Notes under the pieces: model-generated
What the model saw: only the letters and a program-made list of their open reading frames with translations
Database searches by the model: none
Told to the model about the DNA's origin: nothing
Origin: a virus
Taxonomy: Duplodnaviria; Caudoviricetes
DNA: 54,140 nucleotides
Virus record (IMG/VR): IMGVR_UViG_3300021579_000009
Location: 1 to 54,140 of that record
Direction: 5' to 3' (one strand)
Shown here: one piece after another, positions 35,553 through 44,483 of the stretch
Layout: every line of letters starts with the position of its first letter
Position numbering within the stretch: position 1 is the stretch's first letter
Translations under genes and position numbers: made by a program

Positions 35553-36795
35553 AACAATCGAGATCGAAGACGGCGCGCACAGCGAGCTCGGGCCGTCGTC
35601 TGCAGAGCGCTGGCTCGAATGCCCCGGCAGCGTGATTGCTACGCGAGGTATACCAGATAAGGTATCGGCGTACGCAATCAGTGGCACGGCGTCGCACACG
35701 CTGTCCGAGTGGTGCCGACTGCAAGGCAAGAACGCTTCAGAGTTCCTGGGGACTAAGATCCGTGTCAAGCATGCAAACGGCTTTACCGATTGTGAAGTCG
35801 ACAAAGAGCGCGTAGCTTCGGTGCAAGAGTTCGTCGACAGGCTTCGGGAAAGCGACGGCGATGAACTGGTCGAGGCACGCGTCAGCTACACGAAGTTCGT
35901 GCCCTCTGGCTTCGGTACTCTCGATGCTGCGAAGCTGAAGATGTACCACGCGCGCATCGTCGACTTCAAAGATGGCAGCGGTGTGCAGAAGTACGCCAAG
36001 ATGAACCCGCAGCTCATGTTGTACGCCGTGGGCGTATGGCTCGCATACGATTGGCTGTATGAGTTCAAGAGCTTCACGCTTGCGATATGCCAGCCCCGGC
36101 TCGATCACTACGATGAGTGGGATATTTCACTGGATGAGTTACTTGCCTGGGTAGAAGGATACGTGGTGCCTCGTGCTCAGCGTGCACTTAAGCCCGGAGC
36201 GCCGTTTAAAGCAGGCAGTTGGTGCCAATTCTGCCGGATTAAAGATACCTGCCGAGTGCGCGCCGAGTCGGTGTTCGATACTGTGACCGGCGAGTTCGAA
36301 GATTTGGACACCGCGGTTGCGAAAACGGAAAGTGCAGTCGAGCGGATGCCAACGTTATCGAACGACGAGATTGCAAAAATCTTGCTGGCGCTGCCAAGCA
36401 TTACAAAGTGGGTGCAAGCAGTGAAGTCGTACGCCGAGAAGGAAGTACGAGAAGGCCGCGCCGTGGGCGACTTCAAGTTCGTCGCAGGACGTAGCAGCCG
36501 TGACTGGGCGGTCGATGCAGCCGAGGTCGAGAAGCAATTGCTGGAAGCAGGCGCGAGCAAGGAAGATATCTACACGAAGCCCGAACTGCTTGGGCCTGCG
36601 AAGGTGGAGAAGGTGCCGGCGTTAGGCAAGAAGCTGTTCGCACCGGCAACCGAGAAGAAAGAAGCGGGCAAGCTAGCAAATCTTATCCGCAAGTCCGAAG
36701 GCAAGCCGACACTCGTGCCGGGGTCCGATCCTCGTCCAGCTGTGTCGGTCGATCCAACAACCGATTTTGAAGATGTCGATTCAACAGAGGAGTAG
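35545..36795 (+). CDS. DUF2800-family Cas4-like PD-(D/E)XK exonuclease
   Basis: HS.LGPSSA.RW..CPGS, GT..H, GFGT.D, IVDFK.G, NPQL.LYA.G and WCQFC.....C. Confidence 0.9.
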   Translation: MDKTIEIEDGAHSELGPSSAERWLECPGSVIATRGIPDKVSAYAISGTASHTLSEWCRLQGKNASEFLGTKIRVKHANGFTDCEVDKERVASVQEFVDRLRESDGDELVEARVSYTKFVPSGFGTLDAAKLKMYHARIVDFKDGSGVQKYAKMNPQLMLYAVGVWLAYDWLYEFKSFTLAICQPRLDHYDEWDISLDELLAWVEGYVVPRAQRALKPGAPFKAGSWCQFCRIKDTCRVRAESVFDTVTGEFEDLDTAVAKTESAVERMPTLSNDEIAKILLALPSITKWVQAVKSYAEKEVREGRAVGDFKFVAGRSSRDWAVDAAEVEKQLLEAGASKEDIYTKPELLGPAKVEKVPALGKKLFAPATEKKEAGKLANLIRKSEGKPTLVPGSDPRPAVSVDPTTDFEDVDSTEE

Positions 36796-37419
36796 ATGAT
36801 GGCTAAGAGTATTACATCCGAAAAGATCCAGCTGAAGAACGTGTGGCTCTCGTTCCCGCAGCTCGATCGGCCGAAAGGCTTCCGCAAAGAAGACGGCACG
36901 GAAACCGAGCCACAGTTCAGCGCTGCATTCTTGCTTGACCCCTCGAATAAGGAGCACGCTGCCGCAATCGCCAAGGTCAAGAGCGAAGCAGCGCGTATCT
37001 CGAAGGAGTTCTTTACCGAGGGCGTGCCGAAAGCGTTCAGCAACCCAGGCTGCAAAGACTTGTGTTTCGGCAAGGGCGACGATTTGGACAAGGTGTACGA
37101 CGGCTACGAAGGCATGTTCTTCATCAAGGCAAAAAGCAAGTCGCGCGTACCGGTTGTCGGTCGCCGCAAGAGCGCAGATGGCAAGTTCAATCCTGTCGCA
37201 CCGGGCGACGCCGAGTGGCCATATTCCGGCTGCATGGTGAACGCCAGTGTCACGCTGTGGACTCAAGCCAGCCACGGCCGCAAGGCAATCAATGGCAACT
37301 TGATCGCTATCCAGTTCGTGAAACAGGATAAGAACTTCGGCGGCGCGGCTTCGGCCAATCCAGACCAAGAGTTCGAAGCGCTTGAAGATGGAGCCGATGC
37401 ACCTGATCCGTTTGCTTGA
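36796..37419 (+). CDS. DUF2815-family ssDNA-binding protein
   Basis: V.LSFP.L, DGD-like KGD, YSGC.VNA, L..IQF.K...FGG and an acidic tail. Confidence 0.88.
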   Translation: MMAKSITSEKIQLKNVWLSFPQLDRPKGFRKEDGTETEPQFSAAFLLDPSNKEHAAAIAKVKSEAARISKEFFTEGVPKAFSNPGCKDLCFGKGDDLDKVYDGYEGMFFIKAKSKSRVPVVGRRKSADGKFNPVAPGDAEWPYSGCMVNASVTLWTQASHGRKAINGNLIAIQFVKQDKNFGGAASANPDQEFEALEDGADAPDPFA

Positions 37420-37451
37420 TTGATCGTTTAGAAGTTTGAGTAGTGGTGTTC

Positions 37452-37481
37452 GCCCTGGGCTGAAAGGCCCAGGGTATTTTT
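37452..37481 (+). terminator. Terminator-like hairpin after the SSB gene
   Basis: GCCCTGGGC-tgaaag-GCCCAGGGT-ATTTTT. Confidence 0.65.
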
Positions 37482-37494
37482 ATCTGGGGAAAGC

Positions 37495-39597
37495 ATGACC
37501 AAAGTCTCGATCGATCTGGAAACTTTCTCCGAAGCCGACTTGAAAGAAGTCGGGGTGCATGTGTATGCCGCGCATCCAAGTACAGAGATCCTGTGCTTGT
37601 ACTACGCGTTCGATGACGAACCGGTGCAAGGCTTCGTTCCTGAAAGGGATGTGCTTTTGCCAGAACGATTAGTAGAGCACGTCAAGGCAGGCGGCATTGT
37701 ATCGGCGTTCAACGCGGAGTTCGAACGCACAATCTTAAACAATGTTGCCGGCGAGAAGATCGGTTTCCCTAAAATATCGATCGAACAAACACGCTGTTCG
37801 ATGGTTAAAGCGCGCGCCGCCGGATTGCCTGGAGGCTTGGGCGATGTAGCCGCTGCACTCGGTACGTGCCCCAAGGATGACTCTGGCCGGATCGTGATGC
37901 TGCAATTATCCAAGCCGCGCAAAGGCGCGGAGACGCGGTACACGCCCGCCAATTCCCCCGCTAAGTTCGACGTTCTTTACCAGTACTGCGCGGCAGACGT
38001 CGAGGCCGAACGCGCGATCGATAAGGTCGTGCCGGATCTTTCGGCGTCAGAGTTGGTGTTATACCATCTTGACCAGCATATCAACTCGCGCGGCGTGCTC
38101 GTCGATCTTGAATCCGTAGACAACGCGCAGTACTTGATCGACACCTATAAGAAATTCTTGCGAGAAAAATGCGTTGAGATTACCGGGCTCGCGCCCTCAC
38201 AGACCGGCAAACTTGCTGAGTGGATTCGTGCGAACGGATACCCACAGCTTGAAAACTTGCAAGCCGAGACCGTTAAGTCGGCGGTCGAAGACCCGCGCTG
38301 CCCCGAGATTGTGAAGACTGTTCTTCGTGTGTATAGCACGCACGGGGCCAAGGCCGTCAGCAAATTCCAAACGCTTAAGGACATGGCGGGCGCTGATAGC
38401 CGCTTGCGCGGCCTGTTTAAATTCTATGGCGCGAATACTGGGCGCTGGTCAAGCACCGGCGTGCAGCTGCAAAACCTCGCGCGCGGAAGTATTGAAGACC
38501 CCGACACCGCGATTGAATCGTTCCGTGCTCGCGACCTTGATTGGGTTCGAAGCCTGTACGCTGGCGTCGATCCAATGAAAGTGATCGCATCGACGGTACG
38601 CGGCATGCTACGTGCTCCACAAGGCAAAGTGCTTCAGTCTTTGGACTTCTCCGCTATCGAAGCGCGCGTCTGTGCGTGGCTACTCGGCGAGCAATGGAAG
38701 CTGGACGCGTTCCGTGCGTACGACGAGGGCACTGGCCCCGACTTGTACAAGGTTGCGTATGCGAGATCGTTCCGCGTTGATCCCTCGGAAGTGAATAAGC
38801 AGCAGCGGCAGATCGGTAAAGTTCAAGAGCTGGCGCTATCGTATGAAGGGGGCGTCGGCGCTTTCGTGACGATGATCGGCACGTATGGCGTGAAGCTCGA
38901 AGATCTCGCTGAGTCCGCATACGCCACGCTGCCGCAGGACGCGATTGAGGCTGCCGAGTGGATGTGGGAAAAATTCGGTAAAGCTTCTGGCTTGCCGAAG
39001 CAACAGTACATCGTTTGCGATGCACTGAAATTCTTATGGCGGCAAGCGCACCCGATGATTCGACAAGGGTGGAAAGATTTGAAGACCGCTGCCGAACAAG
39101 CCGTGCAGAATCCAGGGCAAGTATACAAGATCCCTTCTGGCAAGGTCATGTTTAAAGTTCACGATCGCTGGCTGTACATGCGCTTGCCTAGCGGACGTCG
39201 ATTGTCGTACTACAAACCTCGGTGGATTCCGCCGAAAGAGAAAACGGAAATAGATCGATACGGCAACGAAGTTGTCAGAGAAATACCCGGCGAGCTTAGG
39301 TATTGGGGTATTGACACGTATACTCGGCAATGGGCAGAGACATCCACCTATGGGGGAAAATTGTGCGAGAATGCAACCCAGGCAACCAGCAGGGATTTAC
39401 TATGCAACGGCTTGCTAAACCTTGAGCGCGCAGGGTATCCTACCGTGATGACTGTGCATGACGAAGTTGTATCTGAGATTGACGAAGAGTTCGACTCGAT
39501 AGAACGCGCGGGGCAATTGATGTGCGAGCTACCAACCTGGGCAGAAGGATTGCCCGTTGCTGTTGACGGCCACCGGCAAGTTCGGTATCGTAAGTAA
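37495..39597 (+). CDS. DNA polymerase, family A (APSE-type)
   Basis: Exonuclease IDLETFS, NAEFE and Y...DV; TGRWS, QLQNL, motif A DFSAIEAR, motif B RQIGKVQELALSY and motif C VHDE. Confidence 0.95.
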   Translation: MTKVSIDLETFSEADLKEVGVHVYAAHPSTEILCLYYAFDDEPVQGFVPERDVLLPERLVEHVKAGGIVSAFNAEFERTILNNVAGEKIGFPKISIEQTRCSMVKARAAGLPGGLGDVAAALGTCPKDDSGRIVMLQLSKPRKGAETRYTPANSPAKFDVLYQYCAADVEAERAIDKVVPDLSASELVLYHLDQHINSRGVLVDLESVDNAQYLIDTYKKFLREKCVEITGLAPSQTGKLAEWIRANGYPQLENLQAETVKSAVEDPRCPEIVKTVLRVYSTHGAKAVSKFQTLKDMAGADSRLRGLFKFYGANTGRWSSTGVQLQNLARGSIEDPDTAIESFRARDLDWVRSLYAGVDPMKVIASTVRGMLRAPQGKVLQSLDFSAIEARVCAWLLGEQWKLDAFRAYDEGTGPDLYKVAYARSFRVDPSEVNKQQRQIGKVQELALSYEGGVGAFVTMIGTYGVKLEDLAESAYATLPQDAIEAAEWMWEKFGKASGLPKQQYIVCDALKFLWRQAHPMIRQGWKDLKTAAEQAVQNPGQVYKIPSGKVMFKVHDRWLYMRLPSGRRLSYYKPRWIPPKEKTEIDRYGNEVVREIPGELRYWGIDTYTRQWAETSTYGGKLCENATQATSRDLLCNGLLNLERAGYPTVMTVHDEVVSEIDEEFDSIERAGQLMCELPTWAEGLPVAVDGHRQVRYRK

Positions 39598-39598
39598 T

Positions 39599-39817
39599 AT
39601 GGCCATCGAAGATTACATATATTGGGATGATGGGTATGGCCCTGACTGGACCGACTTTTGCGCAGGCCCGAAGCGGCCTAAGTGCAACCAATGTGGTTCG
39701 CGCGCCGTGTACTGGCACGACATGCGTAAAGGTAAGTGGCTACTCTATAACAACAAAGACAATAGCTTGCATCGATGCGTTGTGAAACCGGAAGAATTGT
39801 TTGAGGACTTAGGATGA
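39599..39817 (+). CDS. Small zinc-finger protein
   Basis: CNQCG...W....KW.L......H.C. Confidence 0.6.
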   Translation: MAIEDYIYWDDGYGPDWTDFCAGPKRPKCNQCGSRAVYWHDMRKGKWLLYNNKDNSLHRCVVKPEELFEDLG

Positions 39818-39990
39818 CAACCAAAGACGAAAGAGAACGTGCAATCATAGAAGCCCGTCGGTTTCTATTTGAATTACTTGATCCAAAGAAGACGCCACGA
39901 GTGCCACGTGCTATTCGCCGCAGAGCTGGTGACGTCCTTAAGCACTACCCATATACATCATTGAGGTTGAATCATGGAAAGAAAATGTGA
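39814..39990 (+). CDS. BPSL0761-like small protein (58 aa)
   Basis: MTT.DER.RA.....FL..L....PRVP.AIR..A...LKHYP; ATGA-coupled; below the track cutoff. Confidence 0.65.
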   Translation: MTTKDERERAIIEARRFLFELLDPKKTPRVPRAIRRRAGDVLKHYPYTSLRLNHGKKM

Positions 39991-40147
39991 GTTCATCGCT
40001 TCCATACCGGGCGGCACGGGCCGGGTAATTGGCATGGCGCTCTATGAGGGCAAGCTTATCCTGGCTACTGAATTAGGAAATGTGTATGTCGTACACCCAG
40101 ACACAAAAGAAGTGCAAAAGGTTGAACCTGTTGGAAATCCCGCATGA
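39974..40147 (+). CDS. Hypothetical protein (57 aa)
   Basis: GAGGT RBS; ATGA overlap with the VRR-NUC gene. Confidence 0.5.
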   Translation: MERKCEFIASIPGGTGRVIGMALYEGKLILATELGNVYVVHPDTKEVQKVEPVGNPA

Positions 40148-40530
40148 AAGATCCATTCTTAGATGAGATCGAGCCGCAAGTTATCCAGCACAAGTTGCTG
40201 GAGAAAGACATCCAGACGGCGTGCGTTGAGTGGATGCGTAAGCGTGGCTACTGGGCGCGCAAGTTCAGCAGCCCCGGCAATCGATCCGTACCGGACTACT
40301 TGTTTGCACACATCGACTTCGGTATGCTGGCCGTGGAGTTCAAAGCCCCCGGTAAATCCTCGACTGACAGGCAGGAAGACGAGCAAGAAAAGATGCGTGT
40401 ATCCGGCTGGGAAGTGTGGGCCGATGTTGGCTCCGGTAAAGGCGGCGACATCGAGAAGTTCAAAAGGACGGTGTGCCTACGAGAAGCCGGGATACGGGAC
40501 AAGAAGCACACTTATCGGAGAGGACTATGA
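40144..40530 (+). CDS. VRR-NUC nuclease
   Basis: EKDIQ, KF.SPG..SVPD and VEFKAPGK.....Q. Confidence 0.9.
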   Translation: MKDPFLDEIEPQVIQHKLLEKDIQTACVEWMRKRGYWARKFSSPGNRSVPDYLFAHIDFGMLAVEFKAPGKSSTDRQEDEQEKMRVSGWEVWADVGSGKGGDIEKFKRTVCLREAGIRDKKHTYRRGL

Positions 40531-40733
40531 CGCCGCAGGAGGCCAAAGTGGAACGCCGCGATTACATTGCCGATGCAGTGCAAGCGTTTGCGTGTATGTT
40601 CCAGCGAGATATTGATAGCGTTCAAGCAGCACTTAAAGAGAAGGGGATAGACGATGTTGTACTTGCGGAGGCGATAGTTTGCGCGGAATGGGAAGCGAGA
40701 GCAAAAGCTAATTGGAGAGGGCCAGTGAAATGA
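40527..40733 (+). CDS. Hypothetical protein
   Basis: 68 aa starting MTPQEAK; ATGA overlaps. Confidence 0.55.
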   Translation: MTPQEAKVERRDYIADAVQAFACMFQRDIDSVQAALKEKGIDDVVLAEAIVCAEWEARAKANWRGPVK

Positions 40734-40939
40734 TGTACGAACGCTTCAACATTTACGTCTCGCCGAAGACGCTCATAAAACTGCGCGACTTGATGGCGAG
40801 AGAGCGCCCACGCTGGCTGGCCGATACGCATGAGAATGGCGAGTTGATCTGTTTGTGGGGCGAGCTTGAATCCCGCGTGCAGCACTTGCCTAGCGGGATC
40901 GAGAAACCGAAGGCGAAAGAAGAGGACTGGCTTGCTTAG
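40730..40939 (+). CDS. Hypothetical protein
   Basis: 69 aa ending KEEDWLA; GAGG RBS. Confidence 0.55.
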   Translation: MMYERFNIYVSPKTLIKLRDLMARERPRWLADTHENGELICLWGELESRVQHLPSGIEKPKAKEEDWLA

Positions 40940-42326
40940 CAGAGACAACCTCTACAGTTACCAGCAGCGCGCGGTCGAGTTCATCAAGCAGAATGAAGCC
41001 TGTGCGCTGGCCGTGGACTGCGGGCTAGGGAAAACAGTATCGGCGCTGACGGCTTTCACTGACCTGTCGAGCTCGTTCGACGCACGGCGCACCCTGGTAG
41101 TGGCGCCGTTGCGTGTTGCCCGCAAGGTGTGGTCAGACGAGCTTACAGAGTGGTCACATCTGCAAGACATACAGTGCGCTCAGATCGTCGGCACGCCCGA
41201 GCAACGCATGCGCGCGTTGCGGACGCCTGCGGATATCCACACGATCAACCGCGAACAGCTAACGTGGCTTCACGCCCAGTTCATTCAGAACGGTAAGCAA
41301 GTCATGCGCTGGCCGTGGGATGTCGTGTTTCTGGACGAGTCCCAGTCGTTTAAGAGTCAGGCATCACAGCGATGGACAGCGATGCGCGATCTGCGCCGGC
41401 TGTGCCAGCGCGTCGTTCTGCTGTCCGGTACGATCATCCCTAACGGCTACTCGGACCTATGGAGCCAGTACTACTTGCTCGACCACGGCAAACGGTTAGG
41501 CTTTACTGAGACAGCATATCACGAGCGCTGGTTCGAGCGTCCGCTGCGCGGCAATGAGTTCGACAAGTGGACCGTCAAGCCGCATGCCATCAAAGAGATC
41601 CAGGCAGCCATTGCCGATATCACGCTGTCGTTGCGCGCCGAGGACTATCTTGATTTGCCTGAAGTCGTCTACAACTTCATCAAGGTACAGCTCCCCCCAG
41701 CAGCGATGCAAGTCTACAAACGCATGGAACGCGAGTTCATTACAGATTTCAAGGACAAGACCCTGACTGCCGTGAACGCAGGGGCGCTCGACCAGAAGCT
41801 CTTGCAACTAGCGAACGGCGTGGTGTACGTAGGGGAGGAGAAGGAAGTCGTGGAGTTCCACGAAGAGAAAGTAGCAGCTCTGGAGGAGCTTCTGGAGGCA
41901 GTGCCGGGCAAACTGCTGGTGGCATACTATTACCGGCACGACCTAGAGCGCATAAAGCGCGTTCTGACTGCGTCTGGACGCCGCTGGGCGGTGCTGAAGT
42001 CAGACGCGGAGTTTGCCTCATGGGCAAGCGGATCGCTTGACGTGGGTGTTCTCCATCCGCTGAGCGCTGGACATGGGCTAAACGATGTCTACAAGTCAGG
42101 CTGCGAGGATATCGTCCACTTCGGCTGTTCTGCAAGTCTTGAGGCGTACATCCAAGTCAACGATCGCCTGGCAGGCGGTCATCGGCGCATGGGTCGCAAT
42201 GTCAAGATCCACCACGTCATTGCCGAGGGAACGCGCGATATCGACTACATGCGGCTCTTAAAGAGCAAGGCGTCTAGCCAGGATGACTTGACGCGTAGCC
42301 TAGCACAGCGCGTCTTAGGGCGCTGA
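40932..42326 (+). CDS. SNF2-family DNA helicase
   Basis: YQ, GLGKT, VAPLRVA, DESQ, LSGT, SAGHGLN and Q...R motifs; probable TTG start after GAGGA. Confidence 0.92.
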   Translation: MLSRDNLYSYQQRAVEFIKQNEACALAVDCGLGKTVSALTAFTDLSSSFDARRTLVVAPLRVARKVWSDELTEWSHLQDIQCAQIVGTPEQRMRALRTPADIHTINREQLTWLHAQFIQNGKQVMRWPWDVVFLDESQSFKSQASQRWTAMRDLRRLCQRVVLLSGTIIPNGYSDLWSQYYLLDHGKRLGFTETAYHERWFERPLRGNEFDKWTVKPHAIKEIQAAIADITLSLRAEDYLDLPEVVYNFIKVQLPPAAMQVYKRMEREFITDFKDKTLTAVNAGALDQKLLQLANGVVYVGEEKEVVEFHEEKVAALEELLEAVPGKLLVAYYYRHDLERIKRVLTASGRRWAVLKSDAEFASWASGSLDVGVLHPLSAGHGLNDVYKSGCEDIVHFGCSASLEAYIQVNDRLAGGHRRMGRNVKIHHVIAEGTRDIDYMRLLKSKASSQDDLTRSLAQRVLGR

Positions 42327-42798
42327 GGCTGTTCTTCGTGCCGGGGTCGGCATACTTAATCTTGTAACTGTCACAGATTGCGCGCATACCCACAACGGGT
42401 ATGATTCTACTTGTATCAAGGATGCTCATGTAGCAGGCCATGTACTCGGGGCCGTGATCCTGGTGCCCTTTATCCATGCCGGCGATTGAATTGTGAAGGT
42501 GGTGCGCCAGCTCATGCGCAATCGTTACAATCCCTTTAGAGTTATTCTTACGCCCCAGTGTGATGATGTTCGGCTCCATCCATTCTGCTGTCCACTGCCC
42601 GAGATTCCGAAAGTGTATCTCTACCTGCGGTATCCCGTATATCTTGCAAATGCTTTTCGCGAAACGGACAATCGACTTCTTTGGGAGTGCCACGTAGTTC
42701 TTCGCACTGATCGACTCGCCCTCCATCCGATACACTCGGTACTGCTGAGGGTCGCTTTGTGAAGGCTTCGCTAGGGGGAGCTGAAATTTCTGAGGCAT
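42274..42798 (-). CDS. Zinc metalloprotease-like protein (SprT-like HExxH)
   Basis: IAHELAHH followed by HGPEY. Confidence 0.7.
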   Translation of the reverse strand: MPQKFQLPLAKPSQSDPQQYRVYRMEGESISAKNYVALPKKSIVRFAKSICKIYGIPQVEIHFRNLGQWTAEWMEPNIITLGRKNNSKGIVTIAHELAHHLHNSIAGMDKGHQDHGPEYMACYMSILDTSRIIPVVGMRAICDSYKIKYADPGTKNSLSALRRAVLGYASSHPG

Positions 42799-42887
42799 GC
42801 GGCATTCTCACGAAGATCAGATTCAGGGGGTTCATAAAAGCCGTGCCCAGCATAACAGCGGTCAGCGACATTGAAAAGTGCAAAAGC

Positions 42888-43091
42888 TCATTCACCTTTA
42901 CGCCACTTTCGGATATAGTGCCTTGCTGTCAGTAAGCCAACAGCGATCGATATCAGAAGGGAAATGATCTGCAGCACAGAAATTGCCGGAGCAAGCCACC
43001 CTACGAGCCCTGTGCTTGCTGTGACGGCGGCGCCTACAACGCCCGCGTGTTGGTGTGCTTGCTGCGCAAAGTTGTTGATGCTGTCGCTCAT
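42888..43091 (-). CDS. Holin-like membrane protein
   Basis: 67 aa; long hydrophobic segments and a basic C-terminus RKWRK; GAGG RBS. Confidence 0.55.
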   Translation of the reverse strand: MSDSINNFAQQAHQHAGVVGAAVTASTGLVGWLAPAISVLQIISLLISIAVGLLTARHYIRKWRKGE

Positions 43092-43324
43092 TTCTTCTTA
43101 TCCTCGTGCCCGGCTAACGCCGCCTCTCTGCAGATGTAATAGCGCTTGTACATATCCGCCAGCGCCGTAACGGTGTCGCCGAAACTATTGTGACTTGTTG
43201 GAGCTAGTGCTGGGCAGGAGGCTACCACCAGGGCTGACGGCTGTGTCGCGGTTTGAACGGGCGTCGTCGAGCAACCGAGACACGTCAGGAGTATTAAGAC
43301 ACTCACGATAAACTGGTACTTCAC
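43088..43324 (-). CDS. Outer-membrane spanin (Rz1-like lipoprotein)
   Basis: Signal peptide with lipobox-like CLGC, then CP.L and Y..C; overlaps the inner spanin in another frame. Confidence 0.8.
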   Translation of the reverse strand: MKYQFIVSVLILLTCLGCSTTPVQTATQPSALVVASCPALAPTSHNSFGDTVTALADMYKRYYICREAALAGHEDKKK

Positions 43325-43553
43325 GGGTAATGGTCTCCACTTTGCGGTTGATGACGGTCTGCTTGATATCGATCTTGCCGATGGCTTCGGCAGCGCCTTG
43401 CTGCGCTTGCTCGCGCACGGCAGCGATTAAGGCTTCAGTCTTCGCCTGCTTGGCAATGACATGATCCATGCCGAGTTTCGCGCCGCCTGCAGCGGACGCA
43501 GCGAGCGCAACGATGAAGGCCAGAATGATCCAGGGATTAGTTAGGCTTGGCAT
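43185..43553 (-). CDS. Inner-membrane spanin (Rz-like)
   Basis: N-terminal TM segment, helical periplasmic part and PVYREC. Confidence 0.8.
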   Translation of the reverse strand: MPSLTNPWIILAFIVALAASAAGGAKLGMDHVIAKQAKTEALIAAVREQAQQGAAEAIGKIDIKQTVINRKVETITREVPVYRECLNTPDVSRLLDDARSNRDTAVSPGGSLLPSTSSNKSQ

Positions 43554-43752
43554 TGGGTGCGTGTCCTCGATCTTGCCAGGCGCCAGCGCCTATGAAGGTT
43601 GCTACGGTTGCAGCTGTCACGAGCACAAAGTCTCCAGAAGTTACTTTGCCGTGCCAGCACAGGATACTGTTAACGATGCCGGCACCCACGGTAAGCAAGA
43701 ATCGCGTACCGCCGAGTGCTTTGATCCATGCTTGAACATTCTCGGGCGTCAC
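43537..43752 (-). CDS. Holin
   Basis: 71 aa; GG.RFLL and two TM segments; ATGA-coupled to the endolysin. Confidence 0.65.
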   Translation of the reverse strand: MTPENVQAWIKALGGTRFLLTVGAGIVNSILCWHGKVTSGDFVLVTAATVATFIGAGAWQDRGHAPNAKPN

Positions 43753-44354
43753 AATATTGTTCTCAGCTTGGTATAGAACGCACGGCGTTCTTCGAGCCCC
43801 AGCTTGGCGGGGCCGTTGACCGCTTCAGTGATCTTGTCGAAGTCACCTACGTCTGCTAACTCGTTCAATCCGTGCGATTGCCAGTACCAGCCAGCAACGC
43901 GCGCGGCCACTTCAGGCTGCTCGATTTTCTGAGGGGCAGCTTCGAGGTTTATCTTCAGCGCATCGCCAGCTGCTTTGTACTGCGCGCGCCCCGTGAGTTG
44001 AATAATGCCGCCGCCGCGGTAGTTCCAACCGTCATTGCTTTGCGTGTCACCATTACCGAGCCGATTGGCGTACACGTAGTTCGCGATCTTTTGAGGCTGA
44101 CGTGCGAATGCAACGGCGATCTCGTCAGTTGGAAAACGAGCAGGCCAAGTTTTACGAAGACCACCTGCCGAATAGCTCATGTTCTCACGCAAACGCATGA
44201 ACTGGGCACTCTCATGCCCACACTGCGCAACCCACATACAGAAACGATTTTCTGTATCGATGCCGAAATCCGGCGCGATGATCGTAAGAATTTTCGTCCA
44301 CTGTGAAACGTCTTTACACTGCGGGAATACTGTTTTCATTTGAAGTGGATTCAT
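43749..44354 (-). CDS. Endolysin, glycoside hydrolase family 19
   Basis: AQCGHES, L.EN..YS, IANYVYANRLGN, DGW.YRG.G.IQLTGR and T..VNG...GL..R. Confidence 0.93.
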   Translation of the reverse strand: MNPLQMKTVFPQCKDVSQWTKILTIIAPDFGIDTENRFCMWVAQCGHESAQFMRLRENMSYSAGGLRKTWPARFPTDEIAVAFARQPQKIANYVYANRLGNGDTQSNDGWNYRGGGIIQLTGRAQYKAAGDALKINLEAAPQKIEQPEVAARVAGWYWQSHGLNELADVGDFDKITEAVNGPAKLGLEERRAFYTKLRTIL

Positions 44355-44483
44355 GCCTTTACCTTTGATTTCTTCGATGACGCGATGGTAGCGCTTAGCT
44401 AAAATTAGCTAGTTATCGGTTCATCCATCATTCACCCTCATGCCTTCGCGCCAGCGCGCTCGCAAACATTTTTGATTCGCTCA

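Noticed and set aside
35545-36795. Cas4-like nuclease as evidence of a CRISPR-Cas system
   Set aside because: It is the DUF2800 exonuclease usual in this replication module; no array or other cas genes were seen.
42548-42895. 115-aa ORF between the holin-like gene and the metalloprotease
   Set aside because: Most of it overlaps the HExxH gene in another frame. Only the hydrophobic first ~30 residues look plausible, so it was not called.
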